A stretch of 64,000 bases of DNA from Candidatus Latescibacterota bacterium (lineage in GTDB: Bacteria; Latescibacterota; UBA2968; UBA8231): positions 4,512,001-4,576,000 of the forward strand of contig CBDETY010000003.1 of assembly GCA_965243025.1 (NCBI GenBank), read 5' to 3'. Every line of letters starts with the position of its first letter. The first letter of the stretch is position 1. The position numbers and the translations under genes are program-made. The notes beneath the pieces are model-generated. The model was not told where the DNA came from. It was given only the letters and a program-made list of their open reading frames with translations, and ran no database searches. Positions 19,415 to 29,146 of this stretch are shown here, piece by piece.

Positions 19415-20224
19415 GTGCGCATCCGGCGGGCCGTTCGGGCAGCTGGCCGGCGGGCCCCCGCCGCCGCGGTTGCCGTCCTCCTCGCTTCCCTCTCCCCTGC
19501 CGACGCCGAGGTCACCGTCTTCGCCGCGGCGAGCCTGACCGCAGCGGCCAGCGAAGTCTTCGAGGGCGCGGGCTCGACCGAAGTCAGCCTCTCGTTCGCC
19601 GCTTCCTCCGTGCTGGCGCGCCAGATCGACGCCGGCGCCCCCGCCGACCTGTTCCTGTCGGCAAACCGCGCCTGGATGGATTTCCTCGAGCAGCGCGGCC
19701 GCATCGATACGGCGACCCGGGTCGACCTGCTCGCCAACCGCCTGGCGGTCGTCGCGCCGAAGGGTTCCGGCCTCGACGTCGAGATCGCCGGGGAGTTCGA
19801 TTTCCCCGGCAGCTTCGCCGGCCGTCTCGCCCTCGGCGACCCCGATCACGTCCCGGCCGGGATGTACGCGAGGCAGGCGCTGGTCCGGCTCGGCTGGTGG
19901 TCCCGGCTCGAGCCCCGGCTGGCGCCGGCTCCCGACGTTCGCGGCGCCCTCGTCTTCGTCGAGCGCGGCGCCTGTTCCGCCGGCATCGTCTACGCCACCG
20001 ACGCGGCGGCCAGCGGCCGCGTCGAGACCGCCGCGGAGATCCCGGACAGCCTGCACGAGCCGATCCTCTACCCGGCCGCCGCCGTCGCCGGCAGGGATTC
20101 CCCGCAGGTGCGCGCCGCGATGGCCCGCCTGCTGTCGCCGGCCGCGGCCCGGATCTTCCGGAGCCACGGCTTCACCGTCCTGCCGCGGCCCCGGCGGGTC
20201 ACGTCCGGCCCGGGTCAGCCGTGA
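19415..20224 (+). CDS. modA: Molybdate ABC transporter substrate-binding protein
   Basis: VFAAASL, FAASSVLARQI, PADLFLSAN, VPAGMYA, GIVYATDA; start uncertain (GTG 19415 or ATG 19346). Confidence 0.92.
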   Translation: MRIRRAVRAAGRRAPAAAVAVLLASLSPADAEVTVFAAASLTAAASEVFEGAGSTEVSLSFAASSVLARQIDAGAPADLFLSANRAWMDFLEQRGRIDTATRVDLLANRLAVVAPKGSGLDVEIAGEFDFPGSFAGRLALGDPDHVPAGMYARQALVRLGWWSRLEPRLAPAPDVRGALVFVERGACSAGIVYATDAAASGRVETAAEIPDSLHEPILYPAAAVAGRDSPQVRAAMARLLSPAAARIFRSHGFTVLPRPRRVTSGPGQP

Positions 20225-20898
20225 TGCTCGAACCTGAAGAGTTGCAGGTCCTGGGGCTGTCCCTGCGCGTCGCCGTCGCCTGCGTCGCCCTGACCCTGCC
20301 GGCGGCCACCGCCATCGGCTGGCTGCTGGCGCGCCGCGACTTCCGCGGCAAGCTGCTCGTCGACGGCCTCTGCCACCTGCCCCTGGTGCTGCCGCCGGTG
20401 GCGACCGGGTACCTGCTGCTGCTGCTGTTCGGCAGGCGCGGCCTCTTCGGGCCGCTGCTCGAAGCGGCCGGGATCAGCCTGGCGTTCGACTGGAAGGGGG
20501 CGGCCCTGGCCTCGGCTGTGGTCGGCTTCCCGCTGGCCCTGCGCGCCGTGCGTCTCGCCATCGAGAACGTCGAGCCGCGCCTCGAGGGGGCCGCCCGCAC
20601 CCTCGGGGCCGGACCGCTGCGGGTGTTCTTCACCGTCACCCTGCGCCTGGCGGCGCCGGGACTGTGGGTCGGGGCCCTGCTCGCCTTCGCCCGCAGCCTC
20701 GGGGAGTTCGGGGCGACCATCACGTTTGCCGCCAACATCGCCGGGCAGACGCGGACGATTCCGTCCGCCATCTACACCTACCTCAACCAGCCCGGCGGTG
20801 AAGGGCCGGCCATGCGGCTGGTGTGGATCTCCATCGCCCTGTCGCTGGCGGCGCTGCTGGCCAGCGAGTGGGCGGCGCGGCGCGCCCGGAGAGGGTGA
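20224..20898 (+). CDS. modB: Molybdate ABC transporter permease
   Basis: LPLVLPPVATGY, FARSLGEFGATI, TRTIPSAIY; TGATG overlap with modA. Confidence 0.95.
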   Translation: MLEPEELQVLGLSLRVAVACVALTLPAATAIGWLLARRDFRGKLLVDGLCHLPLVLPPVATGYLLLLLFGRRGLFGPLLEAAGISLAFDWKGAALASAVVGFPLALRAVRLAIENVEPRLEGAARTLGAGPLRVFFTVTLRLAAPGLWVGALLAFARSLGEFGATITFAANIAGQTRTIPSAIYTYLNQPGGEGPAMRLVWISIALSLAALLASEWAARRARRG

Positions 20899-20901
20899 GA
20901 G

Positions 20902-21981
20902 ATGCTGTCCCTGCGCCTCAACCGCCAACTGGCCGCGTTCGACCTCGAGGTCGAGGTGGAGTGCCGCTACCCGGTTACCGCCATCTACGGTCCCTCCGGG
21001 GCGGGCAAAACCTCGCTGCTCAACATGGTCGCCGGACTGATGCGTCCGGACCGGGGCCGCATCGAGCTCGACGGAGAGGTGCTGTTCGACGACGCCGCCG
21101 GGATCGACAGGCCCCCCGAAGCGCGCCGGCTGGGGTACGTCTTCCAGGATGACCTGCTGTTCCCCCACCTGAACGCCGGCGAAAACCTCCGCTTCGGGTA
21201 CGACCTGCTGCCGGCGGCGGAGCGCCGCTTCGAGCCGGACCGCATCTGCGAGCTGCTCGAGATCGGCGGCCTCCTCGACCGGCGGCCGGCCACCCTTTCC
21301 GGCGGGGAGCGCCAGCGCCTCGCCCTGGGGCGGGCCCTGCTGGCCTCGCCGCGGCTGCTGCTGATGGACGAGCCTCTCGCCTCGCTCGACCGGGGACTGA
21401 AGAGCCGCATCATCCCCTACCTGCGCCACGTGCGCTCCGACCTCGGCATCCCCATCCTCTACGTCAGCCACTCCGCCGCGGAGATCCTCGAGCTGACCGG
21501 GCAGGTGATCGTCCTCGAGAGCGGCCGCGTCGTCGCCCACGGCGACTTCTTCCGCGTCGCCTCCGACCCCCGGGTGCTGCGCCTCGTCGACGAGTTCGGG
21601 TTCGAGAACGTGCTGCCCGTGGAGATCCTCCCCGGGGAAGGGGCGGGGGACGCCTGCCTGGCCCGCTGCGGCGGCCAGCTGCTGCGCATCCCGCATTGCG
21701 GCCGCCCCCCGGGAACGCGCCTGTTCGTCGGCCTGCGCGCCGACGACGTCATCCTCGCCCGCAGCCGGCCGCAGGGGTTGAGCGTGCGCAACGCCCTGCG
21801 GGGGACGGTGACCGAGATCAGCGCCGTCGGGGCGACGCGCCTCGTCTACGTCGACGTCGGCCGCCGCCTGGCCGTCAAGGTGACCCCCGAGGCGGTCGCC
21901 GAGCTCCGCCTCGCCCCCGGGCAGGAGGTCTTCTGCCTGGTGAAGACGCATTCCCTGAGAATCGGGCCCGAGGTGGATTAG
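20902..21981 (+). CDS. modC: Molybdate ABC transporter ATPase with TOBE domain
   Basis: GPSGAGKT, LSGGERQR, LLLMDEP, LSVRNAL TOBE. Confidence 0.95.
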   Translation: MLSLRLNRQLAAFDLEVEVECRYPVTAIYGPSGAGKTSLLNMVAGLMRPDRGRIELDGEVLFDDAAGIDRPPEARRLGYVFQDDLLFPHLNAGENLRFGYDLLPAAERRFEPDRICELLEIGGLLDRRPATLSGGERQRLALGRALLASPRLLLMDEPLASLDRGLKSRIIPYLRHVRSDLGIPILYVSHSAAEILELTGQVIVLESGRVVAHGDFFRVASDPRVLRLVDEFGFENVLPVEILPGEGAGDACLARCGGQLLRIPHCGRPPGTRLFVGLRADDVILARSRPQGLSVRNALRGTVTEISAVGATRLVYVDVGRRLAVKVTPEAVAELRLAPGQEVFCLVKTHSLRIGPEVD

Positions 21982-21993
21982 CCTCCCCCAACC

Positions 21994-22965
21994 ATGCTCC
22001 GCATAGACGCCCACGCGCAGGTATTCGCCAGACTCTCGCGGGAGTTTCCGCGCCGGGCGGGGGACAGGCTCCCCGCCGAACGCCAGGAGCCGGTCGAGAA
22101 GCTGCTGGAAGCGATGGCGGAAAGCCGGGTGGACCGGGCGGTGCTGGTGCAGACCGGCGGCAGGGCGCTGGAACACCACGCCTACCTGCGTCACTGTCTG
22201 CGCCGGTACCCGGGCCGCTTCCTCGGCATCGGGCTGATTCCGGCCGGCGGGGTCTCGCCGCGGGAGCAGAACGACCACATGGACCGGCTGGCCGCGGACG
22301 GGGACGTTGTCGGGTTCCGGTTGTCGTCGCTGGGGGGTCCGGCGGATCCACTGGCGGCGATGGACGTCCGCACCTTTGCCACCTACCCGATCTGGAAACA
22401 CGCTGCCGGGAAGGACTACGTTCTCTGGCTCTGCCCGCATGCCGTCGACGCCCACACGGTTCCCTTCCTGATCGATGCGTTTCCCGAAGTCCGCGTGGTC
22501 TTCAACCACATGCTGGCCTGCCCGGGAGCGGGCAGCACCGGCACCGACGGGAAGGGCCGGCCGCGCGTGCAGCTCTCCCAGTTCCCGCCGCTGACCCGGT
22601 ACTCGACCATGGGGCTGCACCAGTACGGAAACGCCAACGTGCTCCTGTCCGGCCAGTACGCCTTCAGCAACGAGGAGTGGCCCTACCGGGACCTGACGGA
22701 GTGGCACGAACGCCTGCATGCTCCCGTAACGAGGATTCAGGGGTTTGGAGCCGGCCGCCTCATGTGGGGCTCCGATTTTCCCTGGATCGCGGAAGATCCG
22801 GGCTACGACAGGATGGTCCGCGTCGTCGGGGAACTGCTGCCGGGGTTGTCGGAAGAGGAACTGTCCGCCATCATGGGAGGCACGGCCGGGCGGCTTCTGA
22901 AGTTTCCCGGCCTGCCGCCGCAGCGACCGCATCCATGCACGACGGGAGAAAGTGATAAATGCTGA
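21994..22965 (+). CDS. Amidohydrolase_2 family protein (possible sugar lactonase)
   Basis: IDAHAQ, VVFNH, RLMWGSDFPW, IMGGTA. Confidence 0.8.
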   Translation: MLRIDAHAQVFARLSREFPRRAGDRLPAERQEPVEKLLEAMAESRVDRAVLVQTGGRALEHHAYLRHCLRRYPGRFLGIGLIPAGGVSPREQNDHMDRLAADGDVVGFRLSSLGGPADPLAAMDVRTFATYPIWKHAAGKDYVLWLCPHAVDAHTVPFLIDAFPEVRVVFNHMLACPGAGSTGTDGKGRPRVQLSQFPPLTRYSTMGLHQYGNANVLLSGQYAFSNEEWPYRDLTEWHERLHAPVTRIQGFGAGRLMWGSDFPWIAEDPGYDRMVRVVGELLPGLSEEELSAIMGGTAGRLLKFPGLPPQRPHPCTTGESDKC

Positions 22966-23627
22966 CGGAAGCGCAGCGGGACCAATGGGAGGAAGAGGGG
23001 TACCTGGTGGTCGCGGGGGCCTACGCCGGCGACGACCTGCGGCGGCTGCGAACGGCGTTCGACCGCTGCGCCGCCGAGGCCAAGCCAGGGTGGTTGGAGG
23101 GTGTGGCCGCCGCTACGCAGCCGGGTGGATTCTTCGACATACCCCGGCCGCTGGAGAAGGACGATGCCTTCGCCGGCCTCCCCCGCCACCCGGGGTATTT
23201 CGGCCTGCTCGTCGGCCTTCTCGGGGAAGACCTCGTCTTCAAGGGGGCGCAGGTGCGGACCCTGCCCCCGAGCCCGGTCAGCTACGTCGGCTGGCACCCC
23301 GACACCCCATTCGACCAGCCGCAGCAGGTCAAGGTCCAGATCTACGTCGACGACTTAGCGGCCGACGGAGGCCCTTTTGCGTTCGTTCCCGGCAGCCACA
23401 AGCCGGGTTCGGGTCCCTATGAGCTCACCGGCGGGTTGGAGACCATGCCGGGCCACAAGGTCTTTCCGGGCCCGGCCGGCACCGCGGTCCTTTTCAATAC
23501 CTACGGCTGGCACACCTCGATGATCAACAGAACGGACAGGCCGAGAAGATCGATCATCCTCGCCTACGGGGTGAGGGACGCCGAGGCGGAGAATCCACAT
23601 TCTCAATCCTGCGAAGGGGGCCGTTGA
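22959..23627 (+). CDS. PhyH family Fe(II)/2OG oxygenase
   Basis: LTEAQRDQWEEEGY, WHPD, FVPGSH, WHTS, RRS. Confidence 0.85.
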   Translation: MLTEAQRDQWEEEGYLVVAGAYAGDDLRRLRTAFDRCAAEAKPGWLEGVAAATQPGGFFDIPRPLEKDDAFAGLPRHPGYFGLLVGLLGEDLVFKGAQVRTLPPSPVSYVGWHPDTPFDQPQQVKVQIYVDDLAADGGPFAFVPGSHKPGSGPYELTGGLETMPGHKVFPGPAGTAVLFNTYGWHTSMINRTDRPRRSIILAYGVRDAEAENPHSQSCEGGR

Positions 23628-23655
23628 GCGGACGCGGCAGAAAGGGAAGCGAGCG

Positions 23656-24618
23656 ATGAAGGGACTGCGCCATTCCCGGGACAGGGGCTGCGAATACCTG
23701 CTGCAGCAGCTCCACGAAGACGGCAGCTTCGGCGACGGCACGGTCGGCGATTACTACAAGGTTCCGTCCGCCTTCCAGGTTTGCGGCGAGACTCACGCGG
23801 CCAACCGCCTGCTCGACCGGGTCCGCCGCCGCGGCATGACCCCGGACGGCGACTTCGGCCCCAGGACCGGGTTCACCGACGGCTACTTCTACGCCTACTT
23901 CAACACCTGGGTCGTCATCGGCGCCGCCCGGCTCGGCCAGCTCGACCTCGCGCAGAAGGGGATGGACTTCCTGATGGGATTCCACGACGGCAGCGGCGGC
24001 TTCTACTCCGACCCTGCCGAGCGCACGCCCCACACCCTGCAGGACCTCTGGGTCACCAGCGGCTGCGGCCAGGCCGCCCTCTACACCGGCCGCCTCGACG
24101 TCGCCCGCCGCGTCGGGGACTGGATGCGTCGGATGATGGAAGAGCAGCCGAACTACCCGGAGGAGCTGTACACGGTCATGGCCCCTGAAGGCGGGCTGGT
24201 GACCCGCGTCGACCCGGCAGACCCGATCCGCTACCTCCTCGTCAACGCCGCCGAAGGGGACCAGTACTTCTTCCACCCCGGGATCGCCGGCGGCTTTCTC
24301 GCGCGCCTCCACCAGGCCACCGGGGAGGGGCAATGGCTCGCCCTGGCCAGGGAGTACATGCGCTTCGCCGAGACCGCGAGCGACAACCTCTACCGGCTGC
24401 TGCGCTCCGGAAAGGTGATGTGGGCGGCGTCGGTGCTGTGGACCCTGACCCGGGAGAGCCTGTACCGGGACATGGCGCTCAGGGCGGCCGGCCACATCGT
24501 CGAACAGCAGCACCCCGAAGGGTGGTGGGCGATGACCGGGGCGGAAGTTACTCCGAGCAACGACGCCACCGCCGAGATGGTGGTCTGGCTCGACGAAGCA
24601 TACCAGGCGCTGGGATGA
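23656..24618 (+). CDS. (alpha/alpha) barrel protein, prenyltransferase/squalene-cyclase repeat-like
   Basis: YLLQQLHEDGSF, GSGGFYS, QQHPEGWW QW-like repeats. Confidence 0.55.
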   Translation: MKGLRHSRDRGCEYLLQQLHEDGSFGDGTVGDYYKVPSAFQVCGETHAANRLLDRVRRRGMTPDGDFGPRTGFTDGYFYAYFNTWVVIGAARLGQLDLAQKGMDFLMGFHDGSGGFYSDPAERTPHTLQDLWVTSGCGQAALYTGRLDVARRVGDWMRRMMEEQPNYPEELYTVMAPEGGLVTRVDPADPIRYLLVNAAEGDQYFFHPGIAGGFLARLHQATGEGQWLALAREYMRFAETASDNLYRLLRSGKVMWAASVLWTLTRESLYRDMALRAAGHIVEQQHPEGWWAMTGAEVTPSNDATAEMVVWLDEAYQALG

Positions 24619-25628
24619 GTGCCATCCACCGGCGGCCGGCCACCGGGCGCAGGGCCGTCGTCCGCCCCGACAACAGCGTCGCAATCGAGGATTTCGAGGT
24701 GCGCCCGCCCGGACCGGGCCAGGTGCTGGTCGAGACCGTCAGCACCCTGATCAGCGCCGGCACCGAGCTCGGGTCCCAGGAGCAGCGGCGCGCCCAGGAC
24801 TTCAAGCCCGGCTACTCCAACACCGGGGTGATCGCCGCCCTCGGCGAAGGGGTGGAGGAGTACGAGGTCGGGGACCGCGTCCTGTCGCTCGGCTCCCATT
24901 CCTCTCACGTCACGGTGCGCGCCGCGCCGCAGTCGCTGGCGAAGCTGCCGGACGCCGTCTCCTTCGACGCCGGCGCCTTCGGGGTCCTCGGATCGGTCTC
25001 GATGCACGGCGTCCGCAAGGCGAACATCGAGCTGGGGGAGTTCGCCGCGATAACCGGCATGGGGTTGGTGGGACAGCTGGCCCTGCAACTGGCGGCGAGA
25101 TCGGGCTGCGAGCTCCTCGCCGCCGTCGACCCGGTCCCCGGGCGCCTGGAAACCGCCGCCGCCCGCGGGGCCACCCACCTGCTCGACCCGGGGCGCTGCG
25201 ACCTGCGGGCGGAGATGGAATCGATTACCGGCGGCCGCGGTCTCGACGTCATCATCGAGGCATCCGGCTACCCGGAGGTCCTGCCCGGGGCCTTCGACAT
25301 GGCGCGCGTCGGCGGGCGCATCATGCTGCTCGGCTCGATATGGCACCGCACCGTGGAGATCGACTTCATGGACTTCCACGAGAAGGAGCTCACCCTGGTC
25401 GGCTGCCATCAGCCGAAGTGCCCGACGACGGCCACCCCCGCCTTCCCCTGGACCCAGCAGTACAACCGCCGCCAGATACTCTCGATGATTGCCCGGGGCG
25501 AGCTCGACGTCGATTGCCTGACCACCCACCGCATGCCGTACGGCGAGGCGCAGGAAGCCTACCGGTTGCTGCGGGAAGAGCGCGGCAGGGCGCTCGGAAT
25601 CGTGCTGGTCTGGCGTGATCCGGGGTAG
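24615..25628 (+). CDS. MDR (zinc-binding alcohol dehydrogenase family) oxidoreductase
   Basis: ISAGTE, PGYS, GMGLVG Rossmann motif; ATGA overlap with upstream gene. Confidence 0.85.
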   Translation: MSAIHRRPATGRRAVVRPDNSVAIEDFEVRPPGPGQVLVETVSTLISAGTELGSQEQRRAQDFKPGYSNTGVIAALGEGVEEYEVGDRVLSLGSHSSHVTVRAAPQSLAKLPDAVSFDAGAFGVLGSVSMHGVRKANIELGEFAAITGMGLVGQLALQLAARSGCELLAAVDPVPGRLETAAARGATHLLDPGRCDLRAEMESITGGRGLDVIIEASGYPEVLPGAFDMARVGGRIMLLGSIWHRTVEIDFMDFHEKELTLVGCHQPKCPTTATPAFPWTQQYNRRQILSMIARGELDVDCLTTHRMPYGEAQEAYRLLREERGRALGIVLVWRDPG

Positions 25629-25741
25629 GAACCCCGGGGAACCGGGGGAAGAGCGCGGCTTCGGCCCGCTCAGGCTGCGAAAGGTTCGGTCGAGCCTTCT
25701 CGGCCCATCGTTTGCGGTGGACCCGCCCTGAAATTGCCTGG

Positions 25742-26779
25742 TCAGGTGAGAGCCGCGGCGGGCGCCTCGGGCTTCTCCGGCAGCTCGGGAACGAACTGGA
25801 AGCCGGGCTCCCGCTTCTGGCGCCGCAGGATCCCGGCGATCTCGCGCCACATCGGCACAAGCCCACTGTGGCAGTGGGGCAGCTCGTGGCGGATCGCCCT
25901 GTGCAGCCGGCCGAGCCGGTAGCAGGGGACCGCGGCGTACATGTGGTGCTCGATGTGGTAGTTCATGTGCCAGTAGAGGAAGCGCACCACCGGGTTGAGG
26001 TGGAAGGTGCGCGAGTTCTGGCGGAAGTCCGGCACCTCGTCGGTGAGCCCCACGTGCTGGCTGCTGTTGCACAGCAGGAACAGCCAGCGGCCGAACAGGG
26101 TGGCGAAGGTGAAGAGCGGGAGCACCTGCCACCAGCCCGTCCAGACCGCGCCCGCGGCGATGGCGGCGTGCCCGAAGAGGAGGACGCGGTCCCAGCGGAA
26201 CAGGCGGCGGCGTTCCTCGACGTTCTCCGGCGGAAACAGCGCCGTGTGCCATCCCGGGCTGAGCCGCTGGAAGCAGGCGCGCAGGAAGATCATCCTGACT
26301 TTCTGGTAGAAGCCCCAGTAGTCGACGAAGGCGCCGCGCAGGTACCCCTTCAGGGTCATCTCGACCGGCAGCACCACCTCGCCGTCCTCCGGGGGGTAGA
26401 GGGTGTACTTGTGGTGCTCGGAGTGGCTGGCCCAGAACAGCACCGGGTTGTGCCAGCCGATGAAACTGAGCACGTGAAGGAAGAAGACGTTGAGGGACCG
26501 CGTGCGGAAGACGGAGTTGTGGCAGAGCTCGTGAAAGCCGTTGACGATGAAGGCGCAGCAGGTTCCGTGGAGGAAGACCGCGGCGGCGAACCAGTACCAG
26601 GCGAAGTGGACGGAGACCCACCAGGCGAAGGCCCCCGTCGCCGTCAGAGTGGCGAGGTACCCGAGGGTCTGGGCGAACCCGAGGAGGTCGCTGCGGCGGT
26701 TGAGCTCGGCGAGGAGCCGGCGGTCGATGCGGGTGCGGTGCCAGGGGATCCTGCGTTTCAGCTGCTCTTGCTCGGACAT
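25742..26779 (-). CDS. Membrane fatty-acid desaturase-family diiron enzyme (MocD-like)
   Basis: His boxes HELCH, HSEHH, HIEHH; YWHMNYH. Confidence 0.85.
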   Translation of the reverse strand: MSEQEQLKRRIPWHRTRIDRRLLAELNRRSDLLGFAQTLGYLATLTATGAFAWWVSVHFAWYWFAAAVFLHGTCCAFIVNGFHELCHNSVFRTRSLNVFFLHVLSFIGWHNPVLFWASHSEHHKYTLYPPEDGEVVLPVEMTLKGYLRGAFVDYWGFYQKVRMIFLRACFQRLSPGWHTALFPPENVEERRRLFRWDRVLLFGHAAIAAGAVWTGWWQVLPLFTFATLFGRWLFLLCNSSQHVGLTDEVPDFRQNSRTFHLNPVVRFLYWHMNYHIEHHMYAAVPCYRLGRLHRAIRHELPHCHSGLVPMWREIAGILRRQKREPGFQFVPELPEKPEAPAAALT

Positions 26780-26849
26780 CGTCCTGCTTTCCGGGTCGTG
26801 GTGACTTGCGCGGCTTTCTGAATATACAGGGGAACCGGGCTGGGCCGGG

Positions 26850-29093
26850 CTACTCGAGGTCGAGCCGGAGACCGACGGTGGCCACCAGCCCCGGCTGCGG
26901 AATCCCGAACACGCTCTGGTAGCGCGCGTCGGCGAGATTTGCGACGTCGAAGTGGAGCGCCATCCCCGGCCTCAGCCGCAAACGGGCGCCGGCTCCCAGG
27001 ACGAGGTAGCGCCAGGCCTCCCCGGGAGCGCCGATGGCCCCGGCCTCCTCCCCTTCCTCGTCGTCGTCATCATCGTCGCGGAACTCCCCCTCCTCTTCGA
27101 GCAGATCCTCGTCGAAAAACCGCTCCTGCCAGTCGGCGCGGAAGGAGACGCCGCTCTCCGGGGTTCCGCCCAGCTGCAAGTCGTAGTCGCACCCCAGCTT
27201 GCGGCGCAGCCGTCCGGCGAGGTCGCGGCTGTCTCCGCCGGCATCGCGGCCCGATGCCTGCTGCAGCGTCCAGGCGAGCTGAATCTGCGAGCGGCCGGCC
27301 CGCAGCCGCTGCGCCAGCTCGAGGCCGGCGATCTCCGCCTCCGCGAGGTTGTCGAGGGTGAGGAAGAGGTCGTCGCCTCCTTCCGGCACCCGCACCGCGG
27401 CCGGCTGGATCAGGTCGCGGTACCAGCTGCGGTAGAAGGTCGCCTCTCCCTGGGCGCGCTCCGAGTGCCAGCGCAGCCCGGCGTCCGCCGACCAGACCGT
27501 CTCCGGTGCGAGGCCGCGGTTTCCGGTCTCTCCGACGAAGCCGCCGACCGCTCGCGCGAACCGCTCCGTCGGCTTGAACAGGTCGTCGAACGAGGGGGCG
27601 GAAAACGCCCGCCCCGCGGCGGCGCGCAGGAGAATGCCGGGCCGCAGCCGGAACAGGGCCGCGAGCCGCGGGTTGAGCTCGGTTCCGTAGAGCGAGTGGT
27701 TGTCGAGGCGGGCGCCGGCTTCGAGGACATGCGCCCCGACCTCGAACCGGTTCTGCGCGTAGAGGGCGCGCATGGAGGCGCTCTCGGCGCCGAACAGGTC
27801 GTCGCGCTGGCGCTCGAGACGGTACTCCGCCCCGAAGGAGAAGGGGCGCAGGTGCCGCCCGGTCACGTGAACCCGCGGCTCCAGCACCCACAGCTGGTGC
27901 CGGGAGACGAAGTCACCGACGAGCTCGCCGGCCTGCACGACCGGGTTGAGGCGTTCGACGCGCTGCCACTGGCCCGAGGCGCTGCCGTCGAACTGGATCC
28001 CCGGCCGCAGCGGCCGCGAGTCGCCGATGCTGAAACGGAGAACGTCGTCGTTCTGGCGGTCGTCTATGTCGAAGGCCCCGAACTGCCCCTGGCCTTCGGC
28101 TCCCGGGGCGCCGCCCCTTCTGCGCCCCAGCTCGGCGCGCAGCGTCGTGCTGCCGCCGGAGCGCTGGCGCACCCCCTGGCCGGCGAGGTTCCAGGTCCGG
28201 GCGTCGGTGTTTTCCAGGTGCCCGCCGCTGGCCCCCATCGAGCCGTCCGCCCTCCAGCCCCAGGCCCCGGCCCTGCCCCCCCGGGAGGCGTGGTAGCGCT
28301 GGGTCGCGTACGCCCCGCCGTCCTCCACCCTCGGCCCGGCGCCGGCGGTCAGTGAAATCCGCGTGCGCGGGCCCCCGGCGCCGCGGCTGAACAGCTGCAC
28401 TACCCCGCCGGCGGCGTCGGCGCCGTACAGGGCCGACCCCGGCCCCTTGATCACCTCGACGCGGTCGAGGCGGTCCACCGGGATCTGGCTGAGGTCGACC
28501 CCGCCCAGCGTCGATGTGGCTCCCGCCATGTTGAGGCGCACCCCGTCGAGGAGGACGAGGGTCTGGCCCGGCGCGGCGCCGCGCAGGCTCAGGCCGGACA
28601 CCTGCCCGGGGGCGCCGCCCCCGGAGAGGTCGATCCCGGGGAGAGCCCGCAGCAGGTCGGATGCGGTCTGCGGGCCGGCCGGCCCGGAACCGACGTCGAG
28701 AACGTGGGCGGTGACCGGTGAACGAAGGACGGTGGCCGGGGCGCGGGAAGCGGTGACGACGACCGGGTCGAGGCGTCCGGGGGCCGGGACGAGCGAGAAC
28801 AGCAGCTCCTGCCCCCCGATCCTGCCGGTCTCGATCACCTGCTCCGAGGAGGCGAACCCGACGTGGGATACGTAGACCCGGTAGGGGCCTGGCGCCATCC
28901 CCGAAAACAGGAAGGAGCCGGCCTCGTCGGTGGTTGCGTGGAACGGGGTTCCCGCGAGGATTACGTTGGCGCCCGGCAACGGCCAGCCTCCCTCCACGAC
29001 CACCACCTGCCCCGAGATCGTTGCCGTCGCCGCCGCGCCGGGAGAGGCCGCGGAGAGCAGCAACCCGATAAAAAAAACCTTCGACAATCTCAC
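26850..29093 (-). CDS. TonB-dependent receptor, BtuB-like
   Basis: Signal peptide from GTG 29093; PVVVTASR, LRALPGI, EVIKGPGSALYGADAAGGVV, LAPET, NLADARY. Confidence 0.85.
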   Translation of the reverse strand: MRLSKVFFIGLLLSAASPGAAATATISGQVVVVEGGWPLPGANVILAGTPFHATTDEAGSFLFSGMAPGPYRVYVSHVGFASSEQVIETGRIGGQELLFSLVPAPGRLDPVVVTASRAPATVLRSPVTAHVLDVGSGPAGPQTASDLLRALPGIDLSGGGAPGQVSGLSLRGAAPGQTLVLLDGVRLNMAGATSTLGGVDLSQIPVDRLDRVEVIKGPGSALYGADAAGGVVQLFSRGAGGPRTRISLTAGAGPRVEDGGAYATQRYHASRGGRAGAWGWRADGSMGASGGHLENTDARTWNLAGQGVRQRSGGSTTLRAELGRRRGGAPGAEGQGQFGAFDIDDRQNDDVLRFSIGDSRPLRPGIQFDGSASGQWQRVERLNPVVQAGELVGDFVSRHQLWVLEPRVHVTGRHLRPFSFGAEYRLERQRDDLFGAESASMRALYAQNRFEVGAHVLEAGARLDNHSLYGTELNPRLAALFRLRPGILLRAAAGRAFSAPSFDDLFKPTERFARAVGGFVGETGNRGLAPETVWSADAGLRWHSERAQGEATFYRSWYRDLIQPAAVRVPEGGDDLFLTLDNLAEAEIAGLELAQRLRAGRSQIQLAWTLQQASGRDAGGDSRDLAGRLRRKLGCDYDLQLGGTPESGVSFRADWQERFFDEDLLEEEGEFRDDDDDDEEGEEAGAIGAPGEAWRYLVLGAGARLRLRPGMALHFDVANLADARYQSVFGIPQPGLVATVGLRLDLE

Positions 29094-29146
29094 AGGCTCT
29101 CGAACTCCCCGGTGAGGTTTGGCAGCCCGTTGAAAAAGCCAGTTCA

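Noticed and set aside
19150-19415. Possible Moco riboswitch or ModE box upstream of modA
   Set aside because: Only a short CGTA-TACT-TACG inverted repeat and a GGAAACC word; conserved cores not recognisable
29070-29077. A8 tract in the signal-peptide region of the BtuB-like gene as a phase-variation site
   Set aside because: Short, in frame, and explained by Val-Phe-Phe codons; would need read-level length variation
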